Shown here in pieces: positions 27,201 to 39,933 of a stretch of 64,000 nucleotides of DNA. The stretch is taken from positions 1-64,000 of the forward strand of contig QPGO01000119.1 of the NCBI GenBank assembly GCA_008632985.1, given 5' to 3'. The notes under the pieces were generated by a model, which was not told where the DNA came from, did no database searches, and worked only from the letters and a program-made list of their open reading frames with translations. This DNA comes from Psammoneis japonica. Taxonomy: Eukaryota. Position numbers and translations under genes: made by a program. Position 1 is the first letter of the stretch. Every line of letters begins with the position of its first letter.

Positions 27201-30200
27201 AAACAAGCGTCTTGATCAGTTGATGAACCAAGAAAGTGTTTTTTCGCACACGATCACTGAAGTTGCTGTGCAACAGCGTGGAGTCTCCTGCGAGACACCG
27301 ATGGAGGATGGAAATCTGTGCTGCGAAGGTGGCACCGGAAGGCATGTCTCGGAGCTTTGGATGCATGATCCTGTGAGAAATAAAAAGAAATTGATGAAGG
27401 ACATCGTCAAAGGCTGTGCTGGTTTGTCTCCACGGCATTTGACACCAATGGACGGAATCTTGCATTTCACTGCTGATGATCACAAGAATGGAAGGGAGCT
27501 TTGGGTCCATGATCCCATGGGTGAAACAACAAAAATGGCAAAGGACATCTTTCCAGCCCATTGTGGTTCAAATCCACTGCATTTGACACCAATGCACGGA
27601 ATGTTGTGTTTCGTTGCAGATGATGGAGGGAATGGAAGGGAGCTTTGGGTCCATTGTTCCTGTGGGCAAAACAACGAAAATGGCAAAGGTTCCAGGCAGT
27701 CATGATTTGCATTTTCGGGATTTGACACCAATGGACAGAATGTTGTGTTTCAGTGATGATGACAAGCTTTGGGTCCATGACCCCATCAGTGACACGACGA
27801 AGGTGGTCAGTGATGTCAACGCAGGCCGTCATCATTGGGACCCACTGGATTTGACGCCTGTGAACGGAATGTCACATTTCTTTGCCAATGATGGAGAGAA
27901 TGGAGTGAGGCTTTGGGTCCATGATCCTGTCAGCAAAACGACTCAAATGGCAAAGGACATCAATCGTGGAAAGAAAAAATCATTGAGTCCATTGCTTTCT
28001 TCTTTGACACCATTGGATGGCATGTTGTGCTTCGCTGTGGACAACAAGCTTTGGATGCATGATCCTTTGAGCCAAACAATGGAAATGGCAGAGGGCATCA
28101 AGCGTGGAAAGAATCGTGATGCTGACCCATCTTTGTTGACAGCAGTTGATGAAAAGTTGCATTTCAAGGCCAAATGCGGAAAACAGGGGAAGACCTTTGC
28201 GCTTTGGATGCATGATCCAAAGAGCAAAACAACTGAAATTGTGAAATTGGGCGACGAGACATTTCGCGAGCCGAGGTGTTTGGTGCCCATGGATGGAAAT
28301 CTGCTCTTCTTCAACAAAGACACCGACAACAACCTTGCTGGGTGGTGGTTGCTGGAGTTGGAGGAGGCCCAGGTCCTCGCACTTTTGCTTGTGAACCAAT
28401 GATGTGGTGTTCTCGTTGGTTTTGTCCCTCTTTTTCTTTCGACTCTCCACAAGTGGAACGGCAAAGTGACACCACCAGGTGTGAAGGAACAGGCGACATG
28501 CTCTGCACCATGTTTGTGCTGCTGTGTCAAGGACCCGGCAGGTCCGAAATGCAATTGAGTCCATCAATGATCGGCTCTTGAACACCACAAAAATTGTGAC
28601 ATGGTCCTGCGGAAATGACAAGCACACGTGCCTCGTGGCGCTCTTTCAGAAGACATGATTGATGTGTTCTTGGAACAGGAGAATGTTTTCCAAGGGACTT
28701 TCTTGATGGATCACCAAATGAAAAGCTGGAAATGGCCAGGTCACTTGAGGAGAACAGTGACAACAAAAAGAGTGTGAGGAGGTCCAGTGTGCAAATTCAA
28801 CAAGCAACAGCCTCTCTGCACAATGCTTGTGCTGCAGTGTCAAAGACCTGGCAGGTCCAAAATGCAACTGCACTGATTGATGATCAGCTCTTGCACACAA
28901 ATGCTGGTTCTGCAGAAGTGGCAAGCATGTGAGCCTCATGTGACACAAGAAGCTCATCACTCTGTTTCTTTTCTTGACTTCATTTTAGGATTTCTGAAGC
29001 CAGCTTCTTCCTCTTCTCCATTTGCCCAATTGTCATCTTAGAAGCTGTCAACTCTTGTGAGTTGACAGATTTCCTTGCATGGAGCAGGTTCAAGTTTGCA
29101 GTCTTGCAGGTCTCCAACATGATCTGCACCATTCTGTGCCACATTGCAGAAATGCAGCATGCACCATGCATGTTTGACATGCGCCAATGCACAACTGCAG
29201 GTGTGTGTCTGTTTGAGCAATTTGGGGCAACATTTTCACTTGCAAACAGCATGTGCAACCCATGCTCTTGGGCTCTTTCTTAAAAAAAAAACAAACAAAC
29301 ATCAGAAGGAAATGCCTTTCGCCAACCCCTCCACCATGCCAAAATGACAGAACTGGATCAGTCTTCAAAGAAGAAAAAGCAGATGTTCAGACCCAAGTGT
29401 TTGTTCAGTGTTGGCTGACCAATGTGACTGCTGCTGTGGGAGCACTCTGTCATTGCCAAGCACACCTGCTGGAACTTTCTCCTGCACTCTCCCTTTGTCC
29501 TGATGCCATTGTGTTGCACCACAAAAAGTCATGAGCTGCTTTTGTTGTCAAATTGAAGAAGCCTGACAAAATTGGGAAGGAAAGAGAAAGCATGTTTGTG
29601 GCTAAAAGAGATGGAGGAGAGCAGCTTCACAGCTGTTGCATGGGAACATGTCATTTCAGAAATGGTGCCCCATTTGGCATTCTGCCCACCTGTGAACATG
29701 GTGTCATTGCATGCTGGCCTGACACACTGAGGTCAAATGAAGCCATGGAAGAACAAAGCAATCTCCTGTCTTTGGCACCAATCCTGGAACAAGGGAGCAC
29801 AGAAGATGCAGCAGACAAATCCCAGAGTCTGCCACCTGTGGAGACAGAGCATGTTGTCCCTTTGCAAGCAACGCCCCCCTCTTGTGAGATGCAGAATTCT
29901 TTTTTTCATCAAGTGAAGAGTCTGAGGATGACTTCCAGAAAAGAAAAATCTTGCATTCAGTGAAGCAAAAGGTTGCACAGAGAGATCATCAGCAGAATGT
30001 CTTGTGCTCTTGCTTTGTCATCTCACCAGCATTGCATGGAAGAGTTTTTTGAATGTGTCATGATCAACTGTGCTTCCTTTCCTGCTCTGAACAATTCGCA
30101 TGTTGTCTGCCTCCGGAGGGATCTGGGGCAAGGGGCAAAAGGCCCAGGCCTTCTTGGCTTTCAATGCCTCATGCAGCACTTCTTGTGTTGTCAAATTCTG

Positions 30201-32320
30201 TCACTGCAAGTGCACAGACTTGCCAAATGACATTGACAAAGCTGCCATCAGGTGTTGTGGGAAAGAGTTTTCACCAAGCACAAAAAGAAGGAGCATGGCC
30301 CATGGTGAGCTGTGTGTTCTCAGCACAGCAATGTTGTTTGCATCATGGAGCTCAGCTGCACCTTTGGTCTTGTCATGCCTTGCTTTGACCCAGTCCAATG
30401 CAACAAAGGAGTTGGCTTTCTGCCCAAGATTTGGTTGCCTCTGGCTGATTTTGAGAAAAAGTGTTGCACACATGAAACTGATGATGTTTGTTGGCACCAC
30501 GTGGGCATTCATGGTGAAGAGATTGCTTTTGTTGATGTGGGCGGGATCTCTGGAAGAACCTGAAGATGTGGAAGACAACACTGTGGAAGATCCATTTGAT
30601 GCTTGCATGAAAGAGAGTGCACATGATCACTAAAATTTTTACAACAACCCAGGAAAAAATCATTGTTTGCAATTGAGTGCAGCAGCATGGTGCCAGAGCA
30701 GTCAGATGCATGTTGTGTGGCAGAGCTGCAGCTGCAGCACAGTGTCACTCCATTTCAAGACTGCACTCAAAGAGGTTGCATCACAACTGTTGATTTGAAA
30801 AACTGGTGGTGGATTGTCCACAACACTGGTGCACAGGACATCATGTGCCTCGCTCAGTCTTTCTCACAGCCAGATGCCCCCCCCTCCCCCGGGGCATGGA
30901 CTGTGCCCGGTGCATTGTCAAATGCCTGCTCCAACTGGAAGATCCCCTGAAGGAGTGGAATTTTGTCCACTGTGTGTGGCTCAGGTCCAGGCTCCACCTG
31001 ATCTTTTACAGCACATTGTCACAGCTGTGCCGTGTGTGTCTCATGCTGCTGTTGCAGAGACTCATTGGAGCAGCCATGGGCAGGTGCTGTGCAGCTCAAC
31101 AGGAGATGACCAAGCAGGGGGAGAGAGAGATGAAGAAAGTGCACATGCCCCAAGAAACATGCCAAAAATGAACAACAAAGTGCAGTGCGACATTGAGTCT
31201 TGATGTCCTGTTTTGTCCTTTTCAGCCCACACTGGGTGCTGCATTTCAACAAGTGCTCTGAGCTTTCATGTGGATGCGCGGGAGTTGCTGTGATCTCAAC
31301 AGCATCCCATGGTGATGCAGCAGCAAGCATCTTCCTGTGTCATTCATTTGGAGACAACAGCCCACTTTGTCTTGCATTTTTTGTTGTCTCCCCTGCAGCA
31401 CTGGCATTTGCACATCTTGAGTGGAGTGCAAAGCTTCTCCAGTGCTGTTGGGTCATGTGATTGCAAGTGACAAACATCACCCAGCAAGCAAGTTGAGGCA
31501 ACAATGACTTGTTGGCAGCTCAAGAATTTCTCCTTTTGAGTCAGTGTCAAAACTGCTTTCACTTGCACAGAGCCAAGTGCTCTGAATGTTCTTGTGAACA
31601 ACCCCATCTTGGGAGGCAGCTGGAACAATTTGGAGCAACATCTTGGACCCAGCTCCTGTCAACAAATTGACTGCAGTGACTTGCAAGAGTTCACTCAAGC
31701 TGAGGCTACAGTTTTGAAGTGCAAGTTTTTGCAGCTGGCTGCAAGTTGCTTTTTTGCAGCCAGCAAGATGAAATTCCTTGAGTTGCTGCAAAACTGTCTC
31801 TGTCCAATTTTGGGGGACAACTGCTTGGCAAGGGAGGAGGGAAAGCAATCATGTGGAGCAAATGCCCAGCTCTTTTTTTTTTTCAAGTCTCTGGAGCTGG
31901 CTGCCCCAGCACACATTTTCACAGAGGACCCGCAATCAAAACAGGTGCAGCTTTCCATGCGCTCAAATTGACAAGCTGGCACAACAAGCCAATTTTGTGC
32001 AAAAGCTCAACCAAAGCAGGTCATCATTGCAAACATGTTTTTTGGCATTGGTGCAATTGTGGCGCCCCCTTGCTTCTTGCCCACAAGAAGAGAGACTCGA
32101 TTGTGGCCTGACAACCTCTGCTTTTTTTGACAACCCCACAGCTTGTGCCGCTGCAGTGAGAATCTGGATGGAACGATCGTCATCATCCATTTTTGTTGTT
32201 TGGGGAAGTGAAGAGTGTAGAAGCACCCATGGAGCCAGTGCATTTCCCGTGGGGTGTCACTTGCGGAGTTGCAAACGTGCGCCAGTGTAGTGTGTTCCCT
32301 TTTCTTGCCGTTTGCGAGCA
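24240..32320. other. ~8-kb TpA- and CpG-depleted block of decayed sequence
   Basis: Roughly 25 TA dinucleotides by eye in ~8 kb, versus dozens per kb in flanking genes. Dense Cys/His-rich spurious ORFs in all frames. Internal ~90-bp duplication (~28500-28590 vs ~28812-28900). Confidence 0.75.
27290..28402 (+). pseudogene. Decayed ELWxxDGT-like beta-propeller repeat protein
   Basis: About seven ~45-aa repeats of the form LTPMDG(I/M)L(H/C)FxADDxxNGRELWVHDPxxxTTKMAKDI across ORFs 27196-27705 and 27614-28402; frameshifted; the expected Tyr of LYF appears as His or Cys. Confidence 0.75.
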
Positions 32321-32554
32321 TTTCATGCATGCCGGCGCCGGCACCGGTGTGCCGGTAGCAGGCGGATGGAAAGGCGAAGCAGTCGCGCAGCCACTCTCCA
32401 TCGTGAGTCTATTATGTGCGTCGACCGTTCTTCGCGCGCGCTCGCACGCACCCGAAGGTCTCGACAACGGTCGACGCACAGACTCACGATGGAGATCTGG
32501 GTGGATCGGAGGGAACTTATCATGATCACAACAACATGCTCCTCCCTTGTCGCA

Positions 32555-34039
32555 ATGGCGGACCGCAATACAGCCGCAACAAATAATGGTCCGCCAAGAC
32601 CCGTGCGCTTACCCTTGTTTGCTGTGATTGTTGGAGTGGTTGTGATTTGCATAAGTTTTTTACAGATCAAGAGTAGCTTGACCTTGGGCGCTACCTCGAA
32701 GTACGTTGAGCACGAGAACACACTTCAAGTTCCGACCAACAGTGGGAGACAGGACGAAGCAAAGGATTTAAAAAATCAAGCGCAAAATAGTCCTACAATT
32801 CAAAGAGCACCTGAGCATGTCAGTCAGGCACAAAAAACTCATACAGCACTCCCATCATCGATTCAGTCAAATCAGTCAATTCCAGAAGCGCTTCTGCCCC
32901 CCACGTTTACAGAATGCTGCGGCACTCACAAGTCTCAATGGCGATCCGTTTGCCTTACGGAAAGAGCCTGTACTGACCCTCTATACCCCTTTTTAACGCC
33001 TCGAGACGCGGAATACTATTCAAAATGGGAATTAAACTACACAGATCGAGTCAAGCGCAAAGCCGTTTGCCAAGCGGCTCGCGAGATGAAACCTCCACCC
33101 ACACGCTGGTGTACTTTTGAAAAACAACCCACCGATATCGAGTACCCAACGGGATGTAGCCGCATGACCATGGCGGATGGTTCTGGTCCATATGATCGGC
33201 TCTTATTATTTCCTCAGGGAAAGCTCATGTTTTGTGGCATTCCCAAGGCTGGTGTTACACAGTGGCTTCAGTTTTTGCGATTCACCTACGGAGCCAAGGA
33301 CTATCAAACCATACCCTACGACAAGGAAGACGTTGGATTTGGCTATTTTGACAATATGCGCCCCCACGTTCGGCAAGAAATATGGAAGGATCCTTCGTGG
33401 ACCAAGGCGATTTTCATTCGAAACCCGGCCGAACGTTTGTTGTCGGCCTATCTCGATAAGATTGACGGCAGTCGGAAATATATTTTGCGCAACAATGTTA
33501 CATTTGAAGAATTTGTCGTCTTGATTGCTTCAAAGAACTTTACCAAGATGGGATCCATTAGCAAATCGAGCGACGGCATGAGCACGGGTTTATCGTGGAG
33601 GACTGACCCGCACTGGAGACCACAGGCGTGGGCGTGCGGTTTGTCAGATTCACTAGACACCTTTCATTATGTGGCAACCATGGATCGAGCCGACTTTCAG
33701 AAAGTGAATTTGTGGGAATCGTTTGGGAAGCATTATCGAGTGTCAGACACACCAAAAGGAGAAAGAACAGCTCGATGGCCTCCCGAGCCGCTCTTGCCGG
33801 GACAAAAAGCACCGGGATTTCAACAACAAGTTGGTAAAGTCGTTGATACGACAGGCAGGCACAACAAGGGCTCAAATAATAAACTCAACAAGTACTACAC
33901 GCCTGAGCTCATGCAAAAGGTAAGAGAGCTTTACTGGATGGATTTTAAACTGTGGGATGCGCTCCAAGAAGCAGACCAGGAAGGCGTTGTTCACGGACAA
34001 GATATCGTTGGAAAGTTGAATCCCAAGTGTAAAAGATGA
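32555..34039 (+). CDS. Golgi-type carbohydrate sulfotransferase (Sulfotransfer_2 family)
   Basis: Type II TM anchor, 5'-PSB motif FCGIPKAGVTQW, 3'-PB motif FIRNPAERLLSAYLDK, and DPHWRPQ. Confidence 0.85.
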   Translation: MADRNTAATNNGPPRPVRLPLFAVIVGVVVICISFLQIKSSLTLGATSKYVEHENTLQVPTNSGRQDEAKDLKNQAQNSPTIQRAPEHVSQAQKTHTALPSSIQSNQSIPEALLPPTFTECCGTHKSQWRSVCLTERACTDPLYPFLTPRDAEYYSKWELNYTDRVKRKAVCQAAREMKPPPTRWCTFEKQPTDIEYPTGCSRMTMADGSGPYDRLLLFPQGKLMFCGIPKAGVTQWLQFLRFTYGAKDYQTIPYDKEDVGFGYFDNMRPHVRQEIWKDPSWTKAIFIRNPAERLLSAYLDKIDGSRKYILRNNVTFEEFVVLIASKNFTKMGSISKSSDGMSTGLSWRTDPHWRPQAWACGLSDSLDTFHYVATMDRADFQKVNLWESFGKHYRVSDTPKGERTARWPPEPLLPGQKAPGFQQQVGKVVDTTGRHNKGSNNKLNKYYTPELMQKVRELYWMDFKLWDALQEADQEGVVHGQDIVGKLNPKCKR

Positions 34040-34840
34040 TGAGTTTCTGTGGAGAAATTGTGGTCGTCCATTGGATCAAGTGAGCGACGTTACCAGCACA
34101 CGTTTATCACCAAGCAGTAGGAATATCAACGAGTATCGTCGTGTCAGTTCTCGACTGATTTGTCTTGCACCCGCTTGCTCTATCTCTAGCTTGAGCTGCC
34201 AGTTTTGCAAGGACGCTTCTCTACAATGTATTGGTATCTTTTCGATGTGTTCCTTGTCTCCTCTTTAGCGTTCAATTTCTTCCTCGAAGAGAGGTTGGTC
34301 CTGGCCTGTTGCCGAAGCAATCAGCAAGTTCGCTGGACAGATTCTGGAAGAGTGCAATTTGGAACAAAAACGTTTTGGCTGGCAATGCTCAATAGTTGAT
34401 CTTTGGTTGTCGCCTCTCAGCGTCGCCCTCCTCCTTGCTTTTGCTTGCTTGTTGCTCTCTTACTACCCTTCCATGCATTGCATACCTCTACTCTAGAGGT
34501 CTACCGGTACTACAAAAGCTAAGAGCGAGAGCACTCCCTCAGTAGAACCTAATCGTAGAATAGACACTTCCAAGACTTTTCACATTTCCACAAGTATTAA
34601 GATGAGTTTTGAGAGTATATATTTATTCAAATCTTTATGATTTAATTGCAAAATTTCTCACGGAGGGGTTCGAAACTGTTCCGAAAAAGTACGATCATCA
34701 CACCGACGCAACATCAAACAAGAAAATCACTTCTTGCGTCAACACACCGCCGTTGGTTGCATTGACGGCTCACCATTTATTAGAGCTTTGAAGGCCAACG
34801 TTGAAAATAGAAAGCAAAACTGAGCCATAATAAAATTGGA

Positions 34841-37544
34841 ATGAATGGTGAGAGCGACAAACAGGTTGCGCTCTGCGCCAGCTGCGATCGATGCCGCGCC
34901 CGGAAAACAAAGTGCGACGGTGAACGCCCTTGCGGTAACTGCGCCAACAAATATCTAAGGAACAACAAACTTACGAGGTAAGCATTTTCAATCGAAAAGT
35001 GGAGGGTGATATTCGTAATATATATGGAAAGAAGGTCAAGGCGAGAGAGAAAAGGGGGGCGAACTTCGCAGCGGTTGTCATGGCGGCAGCTGTTCCCCAG
35101 AGTCGAGGTGGCAGCTGGAACGTTATGCTATTTAAGGACATCTCAGATATCGGACATTTTTGTGTTAATTGTCGATTATGTTACTATTGCCTTGGTCGTG
35201 GTATTTTTGTCATGGCGGTCGCGGTGTTTTATTCCCGCCCCCTCATATCTATTTCGTTTTGTTTGCTCGTTAGCTTGGAAGGAGTTGATCTAGAAAAGTT
35301 TGACTGTGTCTACTCTCCTGCGAAACGTCGAGGACCAACTCCGGGAGCCAGTCGGACAGGGACAACACGGAAAGCAAACAAGGCTTCTTCCAATGGCAAC
35401 TCTTCGGCCGTGCCTGTCGCTGTGGGCTCGGCTTCCGGTGTTTACACCAAAGAAGGTATGGATGATTTGGCCTTGAGGCTCATCGCCCGTCAGCAGCAAC
35501 AGCAACACCAGGCCGCACACGCCTCTGCAATGATGGGCACTGCAACGCAGGCGCACGGAGGGCAGTGGGGTGGTGGCCTCGTGGATCATACAAGTAGTGC
35601 AGCAATGGCTGCGAGCTTGGGAGGAGGGAGTGCTGGCACGGGTGGTGCTTCTGCTGGCATGGAAAGTGAAGAAATGCTCCAGCAGCAACTCAATCTTTTG
35701 GAGCAGCTTCAGGTTCAGCAGCGAGAAATGACGGCTGCCGGGAAGCGCAGCAGCGGAACGGCGGCAGAAGCTCCTGTCGACGGTGAAGCGCGCGCTTCTC
35801 AGAAGCAGAGATCCGCTGACAAGGACGCCCAGCCCAGCAATCCAAGGACAGTAACCGACAATATGCATCTTTTGGAAAAGTATTCTCGCCAGGGGAGGAA
35901 ACTACGTGCGTACTATCAGCTCAGTGTCGACGAGCTCTATTGTCTTCCTCCCATTCCCACCGATGAAGAGTACTGCGCGACTCTTAACATTTCTGGAATG
36001 AATCCTCGTGACATGCCAAAGTCTCACCGGTCCGCTCTAACGGCTGGGCGTTTTGCCGAATTGGCACTTGGTGCTCTCGTCAACAACGATGTTGCGCTGG
36101 CGATGGAATTGAGCAATGCAACGGTGTTGCTTCTGAAGGAGTCCATGGCCGAATCGGTGGAGTTGGCCTGTGTCTTTGAGGTTGCCAGAGCGTACTTCTT
36201 GCTTGGTTGTTTCCGTGTCTTTCGTGGGGATTTGGAGCGCTACTTCAAGTACCGCCGTGTGTGCATGAATCATCTTTCCAGGCTGGATGTGGCGGTAAGT
36301 TTAAATGGTGGCTCTGGCCAGTTTGTTACGCCTCGTCGGTCTTCTCAAATTCACCCTTTGTACTGTTACCGCGGTTCCAGAGTAATGAGAATGCCGAGGC
36401 GCTTCTTGCAGCAATGTCTTATCTTGATTCTTGGGCATACATGATTCATAATGCGGACGAGAACAAGCTTCCTTCCATCGACGATGCTCTCCCTCCGGTC
36501 ACGTCTTCTGGGGAAAGTCAATTGAACGAAAAAGAAAAGTCATACAACGTGTCTCTTGACACACATGGTATTGCTTCTGACCCAAAGAATCAAATGTGGA
36601 TCCAAGGCGCCCCACCGGTGTTCCTCAACAACAATGCTCCAACGAACGCACGTGCTCTGGATGCTCTATCCTGCGCAATTCGAACATGCTGTGACGAGGC
36701 CAACAATCGTTTCTGCGCAATGGAGAACAATGCAGAAAGTGCCGAATCGAAATTGCTCGAACCCATCACACCTACATGTAGCGCCGTTTTGGCTCACGAG
36801 GACGAACTGTGTAGCCGAAACATGGTGCTTTCTTCATTCACCCTACTGCAGCAGCACGAAGCCACATGTTGTAATAAAGTGAAGCACCAGGGACATCATC
36901 TCGTGATATCTGCAATGGACGCCTTCCTTGAAAACAGCAACGATGATAGCTCGGGCGGGTTCACGGACTCGCAGATTCAGAGTTTGCTAACCGTGTGCAA
37001 TACCGTGGTCGAGAACCCGCTTCTGCTTCATCACGGCGGCCCAACCTACCACATGGTGACCAACGCCGCGATTCTCCTTTGTCACTTACTCAATGGCATG
37101 TACGCCATGAAGTCTACCGAGTCCGTCGGGGAATCTCGAAACGAAGATATGGAGGCAACATTGTTCGAGGAAGTCCTCGATACGTTGATATCGGTGCGAA
37201 AGCTCCTCAACATTCACAGGCGCAAGCTGCCCGTCCTTCTGAGATGCCATGGTATTCCGCGACCCAGCATGCATCCTCCAACCGACGGCGCACCTTTTAT
37301 CGATTTAGGAGAAACGCTCATGTGTGGTTGTCGTGGTTGCCAAGGTTTTGTCCTCATGGCCTGTTCGCCCTGCGTGGCCGCCGAGAGAGCAAAAGCTGCA
37401 AGTAAAAACAGACAAATGGAGTTGTCGCTAGAAGAGTCAGAAGAAAAGGGGGAGTTGGATAAGGAGCTGTTCGATTTGGAGACTGAGTTTGATCTTGATG
37501 ACGATGAATTGCTCAATATGTTGTCGCGGATTGTGTCGACGTGA
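34841..37544 (+). CDS. Zn(II)2Cys6 binuclear-cluster transcription factor; exons 34841-34977, 35274-36294, 36381-37544
   Basis: Exon 1 (not in ORF track) encodes SCDRCRARKTKCDGERPCGNC. Splicing gives the sixth Cys in DCVYSPAKRRGP. GT-AG junctions join ORFs 34999-36444 and 36207-37544 in frame. Confidence 0.85.
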
Positions 37545-37950
37545 ATTGTTTGTGGGGATGTCGACGATAGCTTACCATAATCAATTGTTACAAAGCGCTC
37601 TCGGATAGTTGTTCATTTTGCACCAGGAATCGGGGCGGGGGTTAAAAAGTAATGAATTGTTAACTGCCTTGTCATACCGGAATTCTATTGCGGCAGAGCA
37701 GTCTCTAGATTATCAGGGTAGTAGGTGTTTTGTTCACAATAACACGAAGAGTGACAGCGAAACTTGCTCTTTGTCGCTCGTCGTGCGTTTGGGGCTAATG
37801 CTTGCGAGTCATCACGGACAACCATGAGGCAAAGCTTCCATGCATTCTCAGATATAAACGAACGCAGGATACAGATACTGTAATGGACGTTGGCTGAGTA
37901 TATACAACTGCATGCATTATAGCAATACTAATGGTCATTTTGTGCCAGTC

Positions 37951-39933
37951 CTACTTGGAGCAAAGCGGAAGTGCATCTTTCTTCAGTTTCTTTGTCATGG
38001 CCCGGACCCCTCTTCGCGCTCTCGACACTGCTTTCTTGAATTCCTTGTCAGTTCGTTTCTCCTTGGCCCACGTTAACCATGTGGTTTCCATTTCATCAAG
38101 AAAACTCTCTTGTAGGACTCCCTGGCCTCTCATGCGCTTGATGAAATCTCGAAGGAGATTGATGGAGCAGGTACTTGCGACCCTGCCAATCGAGGTAAAG
38201 CGAGGATCCGTCATTTGTAGTTCTACAAGATACTTTGTTGCTTCCATGAGGCGAAAGAGAGAATGGACTGCTTGTCCACGGTTCGACATGATGCGCCTTG
38301 AGAATAAAATTTTGTCGTATGCGACTTTGTTTTTTCCATCTATTGTCGTAGTATCCGGATAATACTTCCTCAGCAAATTGTCAAGGCACGACGTGTAGGC
38401 ACAGTTAACCTTGTTTAACTTGGGCGGAAACGGATTCGTCTTTGCGCTGCTATCAAACTCGAAAATTCTAGAAACATATTGGTCATCACCAGAACGCATT
38501 ATCGCGAACTTTCCACGGTATGCTTTGATTCCTCCTTCGTGATTCTTGTCCGAGTCAAAATGAACCAAGTCCGCACCCTCCTGTATCCATTTAGAACGCA
38601 CGAGCTTGAACTTTTGAGCCACATCTTTGTTTTGGCTGACCTTACTGGCGAGCAGAAGATGAATACCATCGTCAGACAAGGTGACTTCTGTACCCGAACA
38701 GTATACTGAGTCGCCACATTCGTCGAGGATCCTAAGCGAACTTGTCTCTCGCCACGAAGATGCTTTCCAATCATAGATACGAATGTACTTCGGATCACTG
38801 CGGGCAGTGGGAGGGCCAATAGCCAATCGATTTCCGTCAGCTGACATGGACAAAAGCGTTCCATTGATCTTACTTCCTCTGCGAGTCCAAGAGGACGATT
38901 TCCTCTGGCGATAAACTTCAACCATTGAATTCGCCCAGTAGTCGGGAAACGGAGTATCCAGCCTCGTACTGACAACAACAGTTTCGCCGTTGCCGGACAT
39001 GCTTACTCCTTCTTGATGACCTTGGAGAAATCCAAGAGAATGACCAATGGATCCGATTTGCTTCCACAAACTTCCACTATTGTCATATATTTTCACATCT
39101 CTACTGTTAGCTATCATGATGCGACGCCCGTTGTCGGATAAAGACACGTCGATTCCCAATTTTTCATTCATACGTGTACCATTGAAGGTCGCAAGGACAT
39201 TCCACCATTGTCCGTTCCATTCGTGGATGTTGACGTACCCAAAGTTCGAACACGCGTCAAAGCAGTTGTAGTCATCATCTCCGTCATCGTCATCAAATCG
39301 CGGGTAACGATCATCGTCCTCGCACCTGCTGCATTCACTGCTTGCAAACGCATAGCCCGCGGCGAGACGCGATCCATCCGCAGAGACAGATTTACTGCTC
39401 CCGTCGAATCTACCATGGAAACCAAATCGAGACCCCAATTCTTCCCAGAACGGCGATATGCCAGAGGTTTCATCAAGGTAAAAGACTTGTTCAACGGCTT
39501 CATATAACCTCTGGCGCGAAACAAAAAAACGCTTTCCGTCTTTTGATAGTTCGCTTCGAGACCACTCAAAATCGAACTTTAAATCATCCCCCAGCTGTTT
39601 CCACTCTGGAGGGACGCCGAGATTCCTACCACGCTGATGTGATTCTTCGAGACGTTGATCAGACGTTTTTAGCTGGCGCATCACGTTGTTGGGTCCAGCA
39701 TGATGAGCTCCTGCATATCCGATTGCAGCATCGAGCTCACCATTTACGGCCTTCCACGGTTCATTCGTAAGAGCATCGTTACTCACATTTCCGTGACTCA
39801 AACGATTAGAAGCGATAGTAATGCCAATCATCACCAGCTGCGCGATGAGCATTGACCCAAGAACAAAAGATGCCACCAACGCTACGGGCGGTTGCAAGAG
39901 TTCTTGGCGACGCTTCTTTCCGATTCCGTACAT
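37951..39933 (-). CDS. Membrane-anchored beta-propeller-like repeat protein of unknown function
   Basis: 660-aa ORF with N-terminal TM helix and repeated VS(L/M)SxDGxRLAxG and WxQxG motifs. Confidence 0.65.
   Translation of the reverse strand: MYGIGKKRRQELLQPPVALVASFVLGSMLIAQLVMIGITIASNRLSHGNVSNDALTNEPWKAVNGELDAAIGYAGAHHAGPNNVMRQLKTSDQRLEESHQRGRNLGVPPEWKQLGDDLKFDFEWSRSELSKDGKRFFVSRQRLYEAVEQVFYLDETSGISPFWEELGSRFGFHGRFDGSSKSVSADGSRLAAGYAFASSECSRCEDDDRYPRFDDDDGDDDYNCFDACSNFGYVNIHEWNGQWWNVLATFNGTRMNEKLGIDVSLSDNGRRIMIANSRDVKIYDNSGSLWKQIGSIGHSLGFLQGHQEGVSMSGNGETVVVSTRLDTPFPDYWANSMVEVYRQRKSSSWTRRGSKINGTLLSMSADGNRLAIGPPTARSDPKYIRIYDWKASSWRETSSLRILDECGDSVYCSGTEVTLSDDGIHLLLASKVSQNKDVAQKFKLVRSKWIQEGADLVHFDSDKNHEGGIKAYRGKFAIMRSGDDQYVSRIFEFDSSAKTNPFPPKLNKVNCAYTSCLDNLLRKYYPDTTTIDGKNKVAYDKILFSRRIMSNRGQAVHSLFRLMEATKYLVELQMTDPRFTSIGRVASTCSINLLRDFIKRMRGQGVLQESFLDEMETTWLTWAKEKRTDKEFKKAVSRARRGVRAMTKKLKKDALPLCSK

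Noticed and set aside
27340..28230. Regularly spaced repeats as a CRISPR array
   Set aside because: Units are ~135-nt degenerate coding repeats in a eukaryotic context, with no identical short repeats and no cas genes.
24240..32320. Numerous Cys/His-rich ORFs as real metal-binding proteins
   Set aside because: They occur in all six frames without motifs and are a by-product of TG/CA enrichment and loss of TAA/TAG.
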